This document shows, in pieces, positions 19,638 to 28,396 of a DNA stretch of 64,000 nt; the stretch's first letter is position 1, and every line of letters begins with the position of its first letter. Below the pieces are notes generated by a model. That model saw only the letters and a list, made by a program, of their open reading frames with translations. It was not told where the DNA came from and did not search any database. The stretch spans positions 97,985-161,984 of the forward strand of contig CALRJH020000003.1 in the NCBI GenBank assembly GCA_943367475.1. Reading direction: 5' to 3'. The position numbers and the translations under genes were made by a program. The stretch is from Paenacidovorax caeni (GTDB lineage Bacteria > Pseudomonadota > Gammaproteobacteria > Burkholderiales > Methylophilaceae).

Positions 19638-20318
19638 TTAAGCAGCTAACGCAAATGTAGCGTCTGATTTTGCAACACTTGATTTTCTACGACGATGCAC
19701 AGTCAATCCAATCAAACCGACACCTGCTGCAAGCATAGCCAGAGAGTCAGCTTCTGGAACAGCTGTAGTAGCAGTTGGCGCACCGGCAATGATGCTTTCA
19801 CCAGCATTGGTATAAGCAAAAGCATTCACTGTAGCGACTAGAGAATCATAATTGCTTTTACCATCATATTTACCAGTAATATTTGCCCAACCATAGTTGG
19901 TAATGTTATTGCTATCGACAAAACTGAAACCATAAATACCAGTACTAGTTACTCCACCACTAGCCTGATCCTTACCTGATATATGAGCTATGGTCTCAGT
20001 GCTGCTGGATGACGACGCAAGATTCGCACCAATAACAGTGCCGCTGCCAATATTGGATGTTACGAAACCTGTTGCCGAAGCTAATGTTAATGAGCCAGTG
20101 TATGTGCTTTTATCACCAGTTGATGCATTAGTTAATGACACAGAGTTCAGAGATGCAGTCTTGGAAGTGTTTTGCGCATTCAACTTCAAAGTAACAGCAC
20201 CAGAACTGGTAACAACCGCAGCATTAGAAGCACCTGCAAAAAACATTGCACTCATGCCCAATAATGATCCGGCTTGAGCAGTTCCTAACTTAAACTTTCC
20301 ATCTGTAATACCGTTCAT
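19638..20318 (-). CDS. PEP-CTERM sorting-domain protein (exosortase substrate)
   Basis: ORF-track extent runs to 20372. The start at 20318 (MNGITDGK) has a GGGAGA RBS 6 nt upstream. Signal peptide ...FFAGASNA. S/T/G-rich body. C-terminal VPEADSLAMLAAGVGLIGLTVHRRRK plus a 14-aa tail. Confidence 0.8.
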   Translation of the reverse strand: MNGITDGKFKLGTAQAGSLLGMSAMFFAGASNAAVVTSSGAVTLKLNAQNTSKTASLNSVSLTNASTGDKSTYTGSLTLASATGFVTSNIGSGTVIGANLASSSSSTETIAHISGKDQASGGVTSTGIYGFSFVDSNNITNYGWANITGKYDGKSNYDSLVATVNAFAYTNAGESIIAGAPTATTAVPEADSLAMLAAGVGLIGLTVHRRRKSSVAKSDATFALAA

Positions 20319-20594
20319 ACATTTCTCCCATACATTAAAATTCATTAGATATATTAAATCACAGAGGCGCAACTGTAGGCAACATTTTTTTACTTAATAC
20401 GTCATTTAACTTAACAAAAAAAATATTTGATTATTTTTATGAAGGTCCACGGCTTCTTGATTGGGCTTTTTACATTTTGCACATTATAAGAACTTGAAAC
20501 AATGATGCTATAGTCCGATTGGGCTAGTGAATACTGACCATCAAGTTACATTAAGAAAGTTATATTAAGATATATCTCAAGAATTCTCGGATAC

Positions 20595-21437
20595 ATGATT
20601 ATGTTCCAACAATTTCCGTCAAATGTTTACATTTTTTATATAGGCATCTTACTCGCGTTGCTTTTAAATGGTTGTGCGAACCCGCATGACCAAGGAGCTA
20701 CGCAAGTCGTCGCCAGAGTCAACGATATTGAAATTACGGTGCATCAGCAAAATGCTGCTTTTGCAAAGGATTCGCAAACCAGACAAAATATGCATATTGA
20801 TCAGCAAAATATTCTGAATAGGCTCATTGATAACACGCTGCTAAAGCAAGCGCTGGTGAGTGAACATCTGATTTCAAAACCTGAGACAGTTCAGGCAATC
20901 ACCAATGCGGTGACCGAAGCATATGCTTCGGTATATAAGAACTGGCTGACAGCAGACATCGCAAAGCCGAACAATCAGCAAGTATTGCGTTACGTCAAGG
21001 AGCATCCTGATTTTTTTGAGAATAGGCAGTTGTTCGAAGTGAAAGAGCTAATCATTCTTGATGCTTTATCAATACAAGACATAGAGTTTCTTGCATTCAG
21101 AGCTGAAACGCTGACTCAGGTTAAGGATTGGCTAAAAGTACATAAGATTCGCTTTTCTAACCGGATATATTACTTAACCACAGAATTATTGCGACCTGAA
21201 TTCAGCAATCTGAATGCGGTAGACCACAAAGCCGATATGATCAGGTTTAATGAGTATGGCTTTCCAAAATTCCAGTCGATTGCACCACTTATGCGCGCAC
21301 CTATTGAGTCGGAGGATGCGCTTTTGGTAGCTGAAGAACAGCTGATTCGATTGCGGCATGCTGAAAAAATAAACAGCGAAATCTCTCGCTTGCGATCAAT
21401 GGCATCCATTGATTTGCTGCAAAAACAAAAGCACTAA
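20595..21437 (+). CDS. epsD: EpsD-family (SurA-like) periplasmic chaperone/peptidyl-prolyl isomerase lipoprotein
   Basis: 280 aa. Lipobox LLLNGC. SurA N-terminal-like region (ARVNDIEITVHQ...LIDNTLLKQ). Immediately upstream of the exosortase. Confidence 0.6.
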   Translation: MIMFQQFPSNVYIFYIGILLALLLNGCANPHDQGATQVVARVNDIEITVHQQNAAFAKDSQTRQNMHIDQQNILNRLIDNTLLKQALVSEHLISKPETVQAITNAVTEAYASVYKNWLTADIAKPNNQQVLRYVKEHPDFFENRQLFEVKELIILDALSIQDIEFLAFRAETLTQVKDWLKVHKIRFSNRIYYLTTELLRPEFSNLNAVDHKADMIRFNEYGFPKFQSIAPLMRAPIESEDALLVAEEQLIRLRHAEKINSEISRLRSMASIDLLQKQKH

Positions 21438-21472
21438 ATAAAATATACCCAAGCAACACGGAACACCGGCAT

Positions 21473-22363
21473 ATGTTTTTGACTGACTTCAAAAGAAAAT
21501 TGCGAGAAATCACCAGTATGCATTTTCACTGGTGGATGTTGATCGTTGCCGGATTGTCAGTCATGTACTTGCCTGTTTATAACAATTTCTTTATGGATGA
21601 ATGGCAAAGGCACAACGACTCATACAGTTGGCTGGTGGCAGTCATCGCGTTTTATTTGTTTTTCCAAAACAGGCACCACTTTTCGGATTCCAAACATTAT
21701 CAGCGCACTACGGCAGAAACCCTCTTGGCCGTCATGTTTTATGTCATCGGCTTGTTAAGTTATATTCTTGGCACCTCTCAATCGATTCAAACGCTTGCCC
21801 TGGTATCTCAAATATTCATATTTCTTGGCTTAATCATCTTTTATAAAGGCTTCCACCTCGCCAGAAAATGTTGGTTTGCACTTTTTTTTCTCATTTTTGT
21901 GATCCCCGTACCCGCCTATCTTCTCGATCCTGTGACTCTCCCCATGAAGATCATGGTATCGATAGCAACCGAATGGATTCTTCAACACTCTGGTTACCTG
22001 GTTGGGCGTGATGGCGTGATACTGCAAGTGGAGCAGTATCAACTGCTTGTTGCAGACGCCTGTGCCGGCATGAAAACCTTACTTTCACTAGAGGCGATGG
22101 GACTTTTATATCTGCATGTAGTGAAGCATGACTCCTTAGAACGCAACTTGTTACTTGGCCTGTTAATTATCCCTATCTCTATGCTTGCAAACATTTCAAG
22201 AGTCACGATTTTGGCACTCATTACTTATCACCTAGGGGATTCGGCAGGCAGAGGCTTTATGCATTTCTATGCAGGGATCGTGCTGTTTATGATTGCGCTC
22301 GGCCTGATTATGCTCATTGATCATTTAATTCAACGGAGAATTGAGTCTCGACATGTCAACTAA
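21473..22363 (+). CDS. epsH: Exosortase (EpsH; XrtB-type by context)
   Basis: 296 aa polytopic membrane protein. Carries the exosortase catalytic signatures ADACAGMKTL (Cys), NISRVTILAL (Arg) and a later His (FMHFYAG). Followed by EpsI. The start could be MHFHWW at 21518. Confidence 0.85.
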   Translation: MFLTDFKRKLREITSMHFHWWMLIVAGLSVMYLPVYNNFFMDEWQRHNDSYSWLVAVIAFYLFFQNRHHFSDSKHYQRTTAETLLAVMFYVIGLLSYILGTSQSIQTLALVSQIFIFLGLIIFYKGFHLARKCWFALFFLIFVIPVPAYLLDPVTLPMKIMVSIATEWILQHSGYLVGRDGVILQVEQYQLLVADACAGMKTLLSLEAMGLLYLHVVKHDSLERNLLLGLLIIPISMLANISRVTILALITYHLGDSAGRGFMHFYAGIVLFMIALGLIMLIDHLIQRRIESRHVN

Positions 22364-23039
22364 CAAAACCAGCAGTATCCTGTTTTTTATCTCAATGCTG
22401 CTGGCATGCCTACTGTCAACAGGACTGAAACCTGAACAAAAACTCGTCGACACTGCATCAAACGACCAGCAGTTTGCTCAATTGATTCCTGAAGCATTTG
22501 AAACCTGGCAATACATTCCTCAATATTCAGTCACTATCGTCAGTCCCGAACTGAATGACTTGTTGAGTACAATTTATGACCAGATAGTGAGCCGATTTTA
22601 CAAAAATAGTCAAGGTGATTTAATCATGTTATCCGTCTCTTACGGCCAGCAACAGATTGATGATGGATCACTGCACTTACCGGAAGTATGTTATCCGGCA
22701 CAGGGCTTTTCACTCGAAGAAAAGCCAGCCTCTTCAACCATTCAAACCAAATTCGGACCTTTAAAAGTCAAAAGGCTGTATGTTAAAAAAGACAATAGAG
22801 AAGAATTTATCACCTACTGGACAATGCTGGGGCACACAAACGTCAGAGGGAGCTGGGAAACCAAATACGAGCAAATAAAATATGGTCTGCAAGGAACAAT
22901 TCCCGATGGATTGATTTTTCGTATATCTTCTATCGGCAAATCTGATGAGCAGACTATTTCATTACACAATGCCTTTATTCACTCATTTTTAGCATCCATA
23001 GACAGTAATGCCAGAGTCAGATTGACTGGCTTGCAATAA
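22353..23039 (+). CDS. epsI: EpsI-family exosortase-associated protein
   Basis: N-terminal TM, then the hallmark HLPEVCYPAQGF motif. The ORF track starts at a TTG at 22341; ATG at 22353 overlaps the exosortase stop by 11 nt. Confidence 0.8.
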   Translation: MSTNKTSSILFFISMLLACLLSTGLKPEQKLVDTASNDQQFAQLIPEAFETWQYIPQYSVTIVSPELNDLLSTIYDQIVSRFYKNSQGDLIMLSVSYGQQQIDDGSLHLPEVCYPAQGFSLEEKPASSTIQTKFGPLKVKRLYVKKDNREEFITYWTMLGHTNVRGSWETKYEQIKYGLQGTIPDGLIFRISSIGKSDEQTISLHNAFIHSFLASIDSNARVRLTGLQ

Positions 23040-23087
23040 ACCTGCGCCAAGAATTCTGTTTAGGCATAGCCGACAATGGCGAACACA

Positions 23088-25466
23088 TTACTGAGTAGCA
23101 AGCTTAAGTTCTTCCAGCGTATACTCGCTACTTGCATTATGTAACTTGGCAGCTTTGGATACCTCTTCTTTGGCCTGCTTTTCTTGTTTTTTTGCCCAAT
23201 ACGCCTGAGCAAGATGGTAATGAAATAACCCTTGCTCCGGAGCTTTGTGTACTGCATATTGCAACGCTGCAATTGCCTCATTTAGTTTCCCCATCTTGAA
23301 AGCTGCCCATCCATATGTATCCTTGAACATAGGCTGCTCTGTATTTGCAAATGTCTGTGCAAGATAAAAGGCATATGTCGCAGTTTGAGCGTCGTTTCCA
23401 TGATCAAGCAACATACTAGCGAAGTTATTGCGCATCAAAATGTCGGATGGATGAAGCTCAACCTGTTTTTGATAAATAGCAATCGCTTTGTCAAACTGCT
23501 TGTTCTCGGCATAACGGTCTGCAAGCGTAAACTGGCAATCGTAATTTTGCTTGTTAATACTCAGACATTGGTCGACGATACTTTTTGCTTGTCCGAGATT
23601 GCCATTTCTGGCCAACAGATTCGACCAGTTGACATATGCCTCGCTACGTTTTGGCGACATCTTGGTCAGTTGCACGTAGATATTTTCTGAAGTTATGGGG
23701 TCGGCATTTTCTGTTAATTTTGCCAATAGTAGTTGGGCTTCATAAAAGTTGGGCTGATCACTTGTAACAGACTTTAAAAAGTTGATTGCATTTTCGGAAC
23801 TGCCTGCTTTTATATACGCATCAGTAACATTTCCTAAAAAAATGACATTTTCGTTGTCTAGATGATAGGCTTTTAAATATGCGTCGATAGCCGATGCATA
23901 TTGACCTTTAGCGCTAAATATTTCACCGTGCAATTGATAACCGAGAGCGCTTAGCCTTGGAACGGATATCAGTTTGGCAGCTACTTTTTCAGCATTTTCA
24001 TAAGCACCTGATGCAATCTGCAATGTAGCCAGCTTTTTCTGATAATAAGGATTGTTTGGTGAAGCATTTACCCATTCTTGCACAAGCTGTTGAGCACGCT
24101 CATTCAATTTATTTTTGAGTAAAAATTCAATATATCCCTCGCTGATTTCAGTCACCGCTCTATGATGCTGGTATGCCTGAAGGTAAGCTTCATTGGCAAG
24201 CTCAACAGTTCCGGACTGCTCGTAAGCCTTGCCAAGCGCAATCAATGCAGCAAGATCATTAGGAAAGTCCGCCAGAATGTTACGATAGATACCTATGGCT
24301 GAGTTAAATTTTTGATCAAACATTGCAAGTTTGGCTTTAACCATCAAACCATCCCTGTTTTTGGGGTCTTTGTTAATCACCTCATCAACCAGTTTAACCG
24401 CTTCAGGACGCTTGCCCAGTTCTAGCAAGTCATCCGCATAAAAAGCGATCGCTTTTAATTTGTCATCTACATTCTTCGCTTCTGCAATCATTTTTTTGAT
24501 CAACACTTTTGCCTGATCAAACTCACCAATTTCTTTGTAAAAATTGTAATGAGCGAACTTGAGTGGCATGCTGTCAGGGTTGGCCTCTGCAAACTGTTGA
24601 AACAGCTTTTTGGCTTGTGCTTTATCTTTCGTCGCCAGCGTCAGCTTGGCCAAGCCCACTTGAGACTCTATGTTGTTAGGATGCGCTTTTAAAATCTCTT
24701 TCAACAGTTTTTCGGCTTGAAGATATTGTTTCTGCTGCACCAGAAACAACGCCAGCTCCTTTTTGTATTGAAACACAGCAGGGTTTAACTGAATCAGCTT
24801 TTCATACACTGCAGGTATCTTGTCGAATTTAAGGCCATCTTGTAACAGTGAGATTTTGGCAAGATACAAGCTATTCTGGTTTGCGTGCTTGACCAGGGCT
24901 TTATCAATGAAAACCAGTGCCTGATCAATCTCTCCGTTTCTCCCATATATTTTGGCTAAGGTCATTAATGCAGACATATGGTTAGCATCCAATCGCAATG
25001 CCGTTTCTGCCAACTTTTTAGCTTCTTCAGGCTCGGCTGATTTAAGTGCCCTTTCAGCTTTAAAGGCGATCAGATCAGGATTATTCTTGGTTAACTTTTC
25101 CAGAATATTCAATTGATCATCCAAATACCCTGTCATATCGGACATTAAGTACAGGTTTGCCAATTTAAAATGGGCTTCGACGTTTGAAGGTTCTTGTTCG
25201 ACCAGTTGCCTCGTTAAGTCAAATACTTTCCTGAGGTTTCCTTGCTGCTCGAAGGTGAGAATCAATCCCCATAAGGCCTTGTTGCTTTTTGAATCAATTT
25301 CGAGCGCGTTTCTAAAATCGGCCAATGCCTGCTCAGGTTCATTTTTTTCAAGTGCTTCAAAACCATCCTTGATATAGGACGCAAGCTTTTGCTCGGGAGA
25401 GGCGCAGCCTGTGAGGCATAAAAAAACCAAAGTTGAGGCAATATGTACTAAAAATTTAATCTTCAT
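23088..25466 (-). CDS. PEP-CTERM-system TPR-repeat lipoprotein (PrsT-like)
   Basis: 792 aa. Lipobox FLCLTGCAS. TPR repeats run essentially wall to wall (repeated A..Y/F...G....A motifs). Convergent with epsI. Confidence 0.65.
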   Translation of the reverse strand: MKIKFLVHIASTLVFLCLTGCASPEQKLASYIKDGFEALEKNEPEQALADFRNALEIDSKSNKALWGLILTFEQQGNLRKVFDLTRQLVEQEPSNVEAHFKLANLYLMSDMTGYLDDQLNILEKLTKNNPDLIAFKAERALKSAEPEEAKKLAETALRLDANHMSALMTLAKIYGRNGEIDQALVFIDKALVKHANQNSLYLAKISLLQDGLKFDKIPAVYEKLIQLNPAVFQYKKELALFLVQQKQYLQAEKLLKEILKAHPNNIESQVGLAKLTLATKDKAQAKKLFQQFAEANPDSMPLKFAHYNFYKEIGEFDQAKVLIKKMIAEAKNVDDKLKAIAFYADDLLELGKRPEAVKLVDEVINKDPKNRDGLMVKAKLAMFDQKFNSAIGIYRNILADFPNDLAALIALGKAYEQSGTVELANEAYLQAYQHHRAVTEISEGYIEFLLKNKLNERAQQLVQEWVNASPNNPYYQKKLATLQIASGAYENAEKVAAKLISVPRLSALGYQLHGEIFSAKGQYASAIDAYLKAYHLDNENVIFLGNVTDAYIKAGSSENAINFLKSVTSDQPNFYEAQLLLAKLTENADPITSENIYVQLTKMSPKRSEAYVNWSNLLARNGNLGQAKSIVDQCLSINKQNYDCQFTLADRYAENKQFDKAIAIYQKQVELHPSDILMRNNFASMLLDHGNDAQTATYAFYLAQTFANTEQPMFKDTYGWAAFKMGKLNEAIAALQYAVHKAPEQGLFHYHLAQAYWAKKQEKQAKEEVSKAAKLHNASSEYTLEELKLATQ

Positions 25467-25649
25467 TTAAATGTTCTGACCCAGATTTTCGCTTATTGTA
25501 GATACATCCAGTATCGTATTGTTCAAGTATAAACTGATTGATATGACAAGTCAGGTGATTCAAATAATCGTTGCTGAGATTGAGTATGCTATGCAAGGCT
25601 CAATACGAGTCTTGGTGTTGTCATTCGACAGACAGCGCGTTGTCAGCTG

Positions 25650-25690
25650 AAAAATAAAAAACCCTGCCGCACAGACAGGGTTTTGTTTTT
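25650..25690. terminator. Rho-independent terminator downstream of the cupin gene (bidirectional shape)
   Basis: CCCTG(ccgcacaga)CAGGG hairpin flanked by AAAAATAAAAAA and TTTTGTTTTT. Confidence 0.7.
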
Positions 25691-25703
25691 ACAAAAACTT
25701 TAA

Positions 25704-25979
25704 TTAGAAGTGTTTGTAGTGCTTTTTCAATTGCTTAACCACTTCCCATTGTGATTTCAAGCCTTTTGGAAACTCAACATAGTCGCCAGCCTTGATCGTC
25801 ACTTTTTCGCCACCTTGTGGTGTGACAGTGAATTCGCCTTCCAATACGTAGGCTTTTTCAGTCATGGTGAAGTCCAAAGGAAATTTGGAAGGTGCGCAAT
25901 CCCATGTGTTCCAGCTTCTTACGCCCAGTTCGTTCAATTTCTCTTCTGACGGGTTATGGTCGATGATGATTTGTGTCAT
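25704..25979 (-). CDS. Small cupin-domain protein (DUF861/cupin_3-like)
   Basis: 91 aa. EKAYVLEGEFTVTPQGGEKVTIKAGDYVEFPKGL follows the single-domain cupin pattern. Confidence 0.6.
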   Translation of the reverse strand: MTQIIIDHNPSEEKLNELGVRSWNTWDCAPSKFPLDFTMTEKAYVLEGEFTVTPQGGEKVTIKAGDYVEFPKGLKSQWEVVKQLKKHYKHF

Positions 25980-26020
25980 GACGTTTCCTTAAATATGTAA
26001 TAAATAAAACTGCAAATGGA

Positions 26021-26042
26021 AATGCCGCATTCCTGCGGCATT
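26021..26042 (-). terminator. Hairpin immediately 3' of tRNA-Ser
   Basis: AATGCCGCA-ttcc-TGCGGCATT, a 9-bp stem. The minus strand continues TTCCATTTGCAGTTTTATTTATT. Confidence 0.5.
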
Positions 26043-26049
26043 CATGTTC

Positions 26050-26139
26050 TGGCGGAAGAGGTGAGATTCGAACTCACGGAGGGCGTGAACCCTCGACAGT
26101 TTTCAAGACTGTTGCATTAAACCGCTCTGCCACTCTTCC
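26050..26139 (-). tRNA. tRNA-Ser (anticodon UGA), CCA encoded
   Basis: Reverse complement reads GGAAGAGTGGCAGAGCGGTTTAATGCA-ACAGTCTTGAAAACTGT-long variable arm-GGTTCGAATC...CTCTTCCGCCA. Has a 7-bp acceptor stem, anticodon loop CTTGAAA, and a long extra arm typical of class II tRNA. Confidence 0.9.
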
Positions 26140-26164
26140 GGAAAGCGCGCATTATAGCAAATAA

Positions 26165-26698
26165 TTAGTCATCTGGAAGGGTTTGACCCGGAAAAAGTAC
26201 ATCATTAAAGCCAAATTTTGTCATATCGCGGATGCGCATGGGGTATAACACGCCAAAAAGGTGGTCGCACTCATGTTGTACAACGCGGGCGTGAAAGCCG
26301 CTGACTGTGCGATCGATCACAGTTCCGCGCGGGTCAACTCCGCGATAATGCAAATGTTGATAGCGTGGCACCAGCCCTCGCATGCCTGGCACAGAGAGGC
26401 AACCCTCCCAGCCCTCCTCTTCCTCTTTGCCGACAGGGGTCAGCTCAGGATTAATCAGAATAGTGAACGGGACTTCTTCGGCATCGGGATAACGCGGATT
26501 CTTGCCAACCCCAAACATCACCACTTGCAGGCTCACGCCAATTTGCGGTGCAGCAATGCCTGCACCGTTCATGTGTGTCATGGTGTCGTGCATATCCTGA
26601 ATCAGGGCGTGCAGTTCAGGCGTATCAAATTGCACCACCCTGGCTGCGTTTTGAAACAGCAGCGGATCGCCCATTTTCAATACTGGCTGGATGGCCAT
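26165..26698 (-). CDS. def: Peptide deformylase
   Basis: Motifs [16 protein letters not shown] and QHECDHL. Likely start is [12 protein letters not shown] at 26698; the ORF track extends to 26716. Confidence 0.9.
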   Translation of the reverse strand: MAIQPVLKMGDPLLFQNAARVVQFDTPELHALIQDMHDTMTHMNGAGIAAPQIGVSLQVVMFGVGKNPRYPDAEEVPFTILINPELTPVGKEEEEGWEGCLSVPGMRGLVPRYQHLHYRGVDPRGTVIDRTVSGFHARVVQHECDHLFGVLYPMRIRDMTKFGFNDVLFPGQTLPDD

Positions 26699-26700
26699 GC

Positions 26701-27456
26701 TTAACTGACTACGCAATCATTCTCGGATAAGTACTGCGCAATAATGAGGCGTACTTTATCCATGGTTTGCTGTAACAGTGGCATGACTTGCTCAAACTGG
26801 ATAGCGTATGCGCTGTCACCACGACCGGCAGCAAAGTTGGCCACCGGGCATATTGCCGCATACTCCACACCCAGTTCACGGGCCAACACTGCCTCCGGCA
26901 TACCGGTCATGCCCACCAGGGTGGCGCCGTCACGCTCATAACGATCAATTTCCGCTGCGGTTTCCAGCCGTGGGCCCTGCACGCAGGCATAGACGCCACC
27001 GTCCACCACCGGCAACCCAACCACTTTTGCAGCCAGAAGGCATTGCTCACGCATCGCTGGCGAATATGGATGGGTAAAATCAATATGCCGCACCGGTAAC
27101 TCTATCCCATCATGATAGGTGTTATTGCGTCCGTAGGTGTAATCCAGAATCTGATTGGGCAACACGATATCCCCGGGAATCAGGTTACGCGTAATGCCGC
27201 CCACAGTCGCCACCGATAACAAGTGACAGACACCCACAGAATGCAGGGCCCAGACATTGGCGCGATAATTCACAGCATGTGGCGGAATGGTATGGCCACC
27301 GCCATGACGCGCCAGAAAGACGACTTCTTTACCGTTGATTTCACCAAAGACCAGTGGCTGGGAAGGCTCACCATAAGGTGTACGTACAATTAATCGCTTC
27401 GAGATATTCAGGTTGGCCAACTCAGTCAGCCCGGTGCCCCCAATAATGCCTAACAT
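26701..27456 (-). CDS. mtnP: S-methyl-5'-thioadenosine (or thioinosine) phosphorylase / PNP-family
   Basis: [10 protein letters not shown] start, then ...FLARHG.GH.IPPH..NYRAN..AL... and GMTGMPEA motifs of the MTAP family. Confidence 0.8.
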   Translation of the reverse strand: MLGIIGGTGLTELANLNISKRLIVRTPYGEPSQPLVFGEINGKEVVFLARHGGGHTIPPHAVNYRANVWALHSVGVCHLLSVATVGGITRNLIPGDIVLPNQILDYTYGRNNTYHDGIELPVRHIDFTHPYSPAMREQCLLAAKVVGLPVVDGGVYACVQGPRLETAAEIDRYERDGATLVGMTGMPEAVLARELGVEYAAICPVANFAAGRGDSAYAIQFEQVMPLLQQTMDKVRLIIAQYLSENDCVVS

Positions 27457-27523
27457 AATGCTCTTTACCAGTAGTTGATTTTCAAAGCGTAAGCGTATCA
27501 TGGATTTATGGCATACTTAAGCC

Positions 27524-28396
27524 ATGTTCGCTTTTTCCCAACCTGCTGAAGCCACCCGACAAAGCCTGGCATTGGCGCGCACGCATTACGAAAACTTTCC
27601 GGTGGCCTCCCTGCTGTTGCCCAAACGTTTACGCCATGCGGTGGCCGTGATTTACCGTATTGCACGCGAGGCAGATGATATTGCCGACGAAGGCCATGCA
27701 AGTCCACAAGATCGTTTGCAGGCCTTGCAGCGCTATGAGGATGAGTTACTGCTGGTGCAAGCCTATATTCAACCGGTGCAGCCGTTGTTTATCAGCTTGC
27801 AACAGGTGGTGCGTGATCATCACATTGAAGTGCAACCTTTACTGGATTTAATCAGTGCATTCAAACAGGATGTGGTCAAAACCCGTTATGCCTCCTTTGC
27901 CGAAGTGCTGGATTATTGCCAGCGCTCCGCCAACCCGGTGGGCAGACTGATGCTGCAACTGTATCAGCAAGATTCAATACAGCATCGCAAGTGGGCCGAC
28001 CAGATTTGCACCGCCTTACAACTGATTAATTTTTATCAGGACATTGCCATTGACTTGCAAAAGCATGGCGAGACCGGACGTATTTATTTATGTGCTGATG
28101 AAATGCAGCAGGCCGGGATCAGCGAGCAGGATTTGCGCAACCAGCGCTGTGACACTGTGTGGCAGGCTTTTTTCATGCAAAACGTGCAACGCGCCGAGCA
28201 ACTGTTACTGGCGGGGAAACCGCTTGGGCAGCATCTGCATGGCAGAATTGGCCTGGAACTACGCATGATCGTTGCAGGCGGCGAGCGTATCCTATATAAA
28301 CTCAAACGCTGCCGCGGTGACATTTACCGTGGACGCCCTACCCTGACCAAACTGGATTGGCCCCTGATTTTGCTGAAAGCCCTATGTAAACAATGA
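27524..28396 (+). CDS. hpnC: Squalene synthase HpnC (hydroxysqualene synthase)
   Basis: YENFPVASLLLPKRLR...IYRIAREADDIADEG. Squalene/phytoene synthase fold, first gene of the hpnC-D-E order. Confidence 0.8.
   Translation: MFAFSQPAEATRQSLALARTHYENFPVASLLLPKRLRHAVAVIYRIAREADDIADEGHASPQDRLQALQRYEDELLLVQAYIQPVQPLFISLQQVVRDHHIEVQPLLDLISAFKQDVVKTRYASFAEVLDYCQRSANPVGRLMLQLYQQDSIQHRKWADQICTALQLINFYQDIAIDLQKHGETGRIYLCADEMQQAGISEQDLRNQRCDTVWQAFFMQNVQRAEQLLLAGKPLGQHLHGRIGLELRMIVAGGERILYKLKRCRGDIYRGRPTLTKLDWPLILLKALCKQ

Noticed and set aside
23060-23281. 73-aa minus-strand ORF at the 3' end of the TPR lipoprotein gene
   Set aside because: It is in a different frame inside the 792-aa TPR gene, with no independent support.
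1-26050. Reading the AT-rich EPS block as an integrative mobile element or prophage
   Set aside because: No integrase, transposase, phage or conjugation genes are present, and I saw no repeat of the tRNA-Ser 3' end within the window. Low GC is also common for polysaccharide loci maintained by recombination. It is kept only as a compositional observation.
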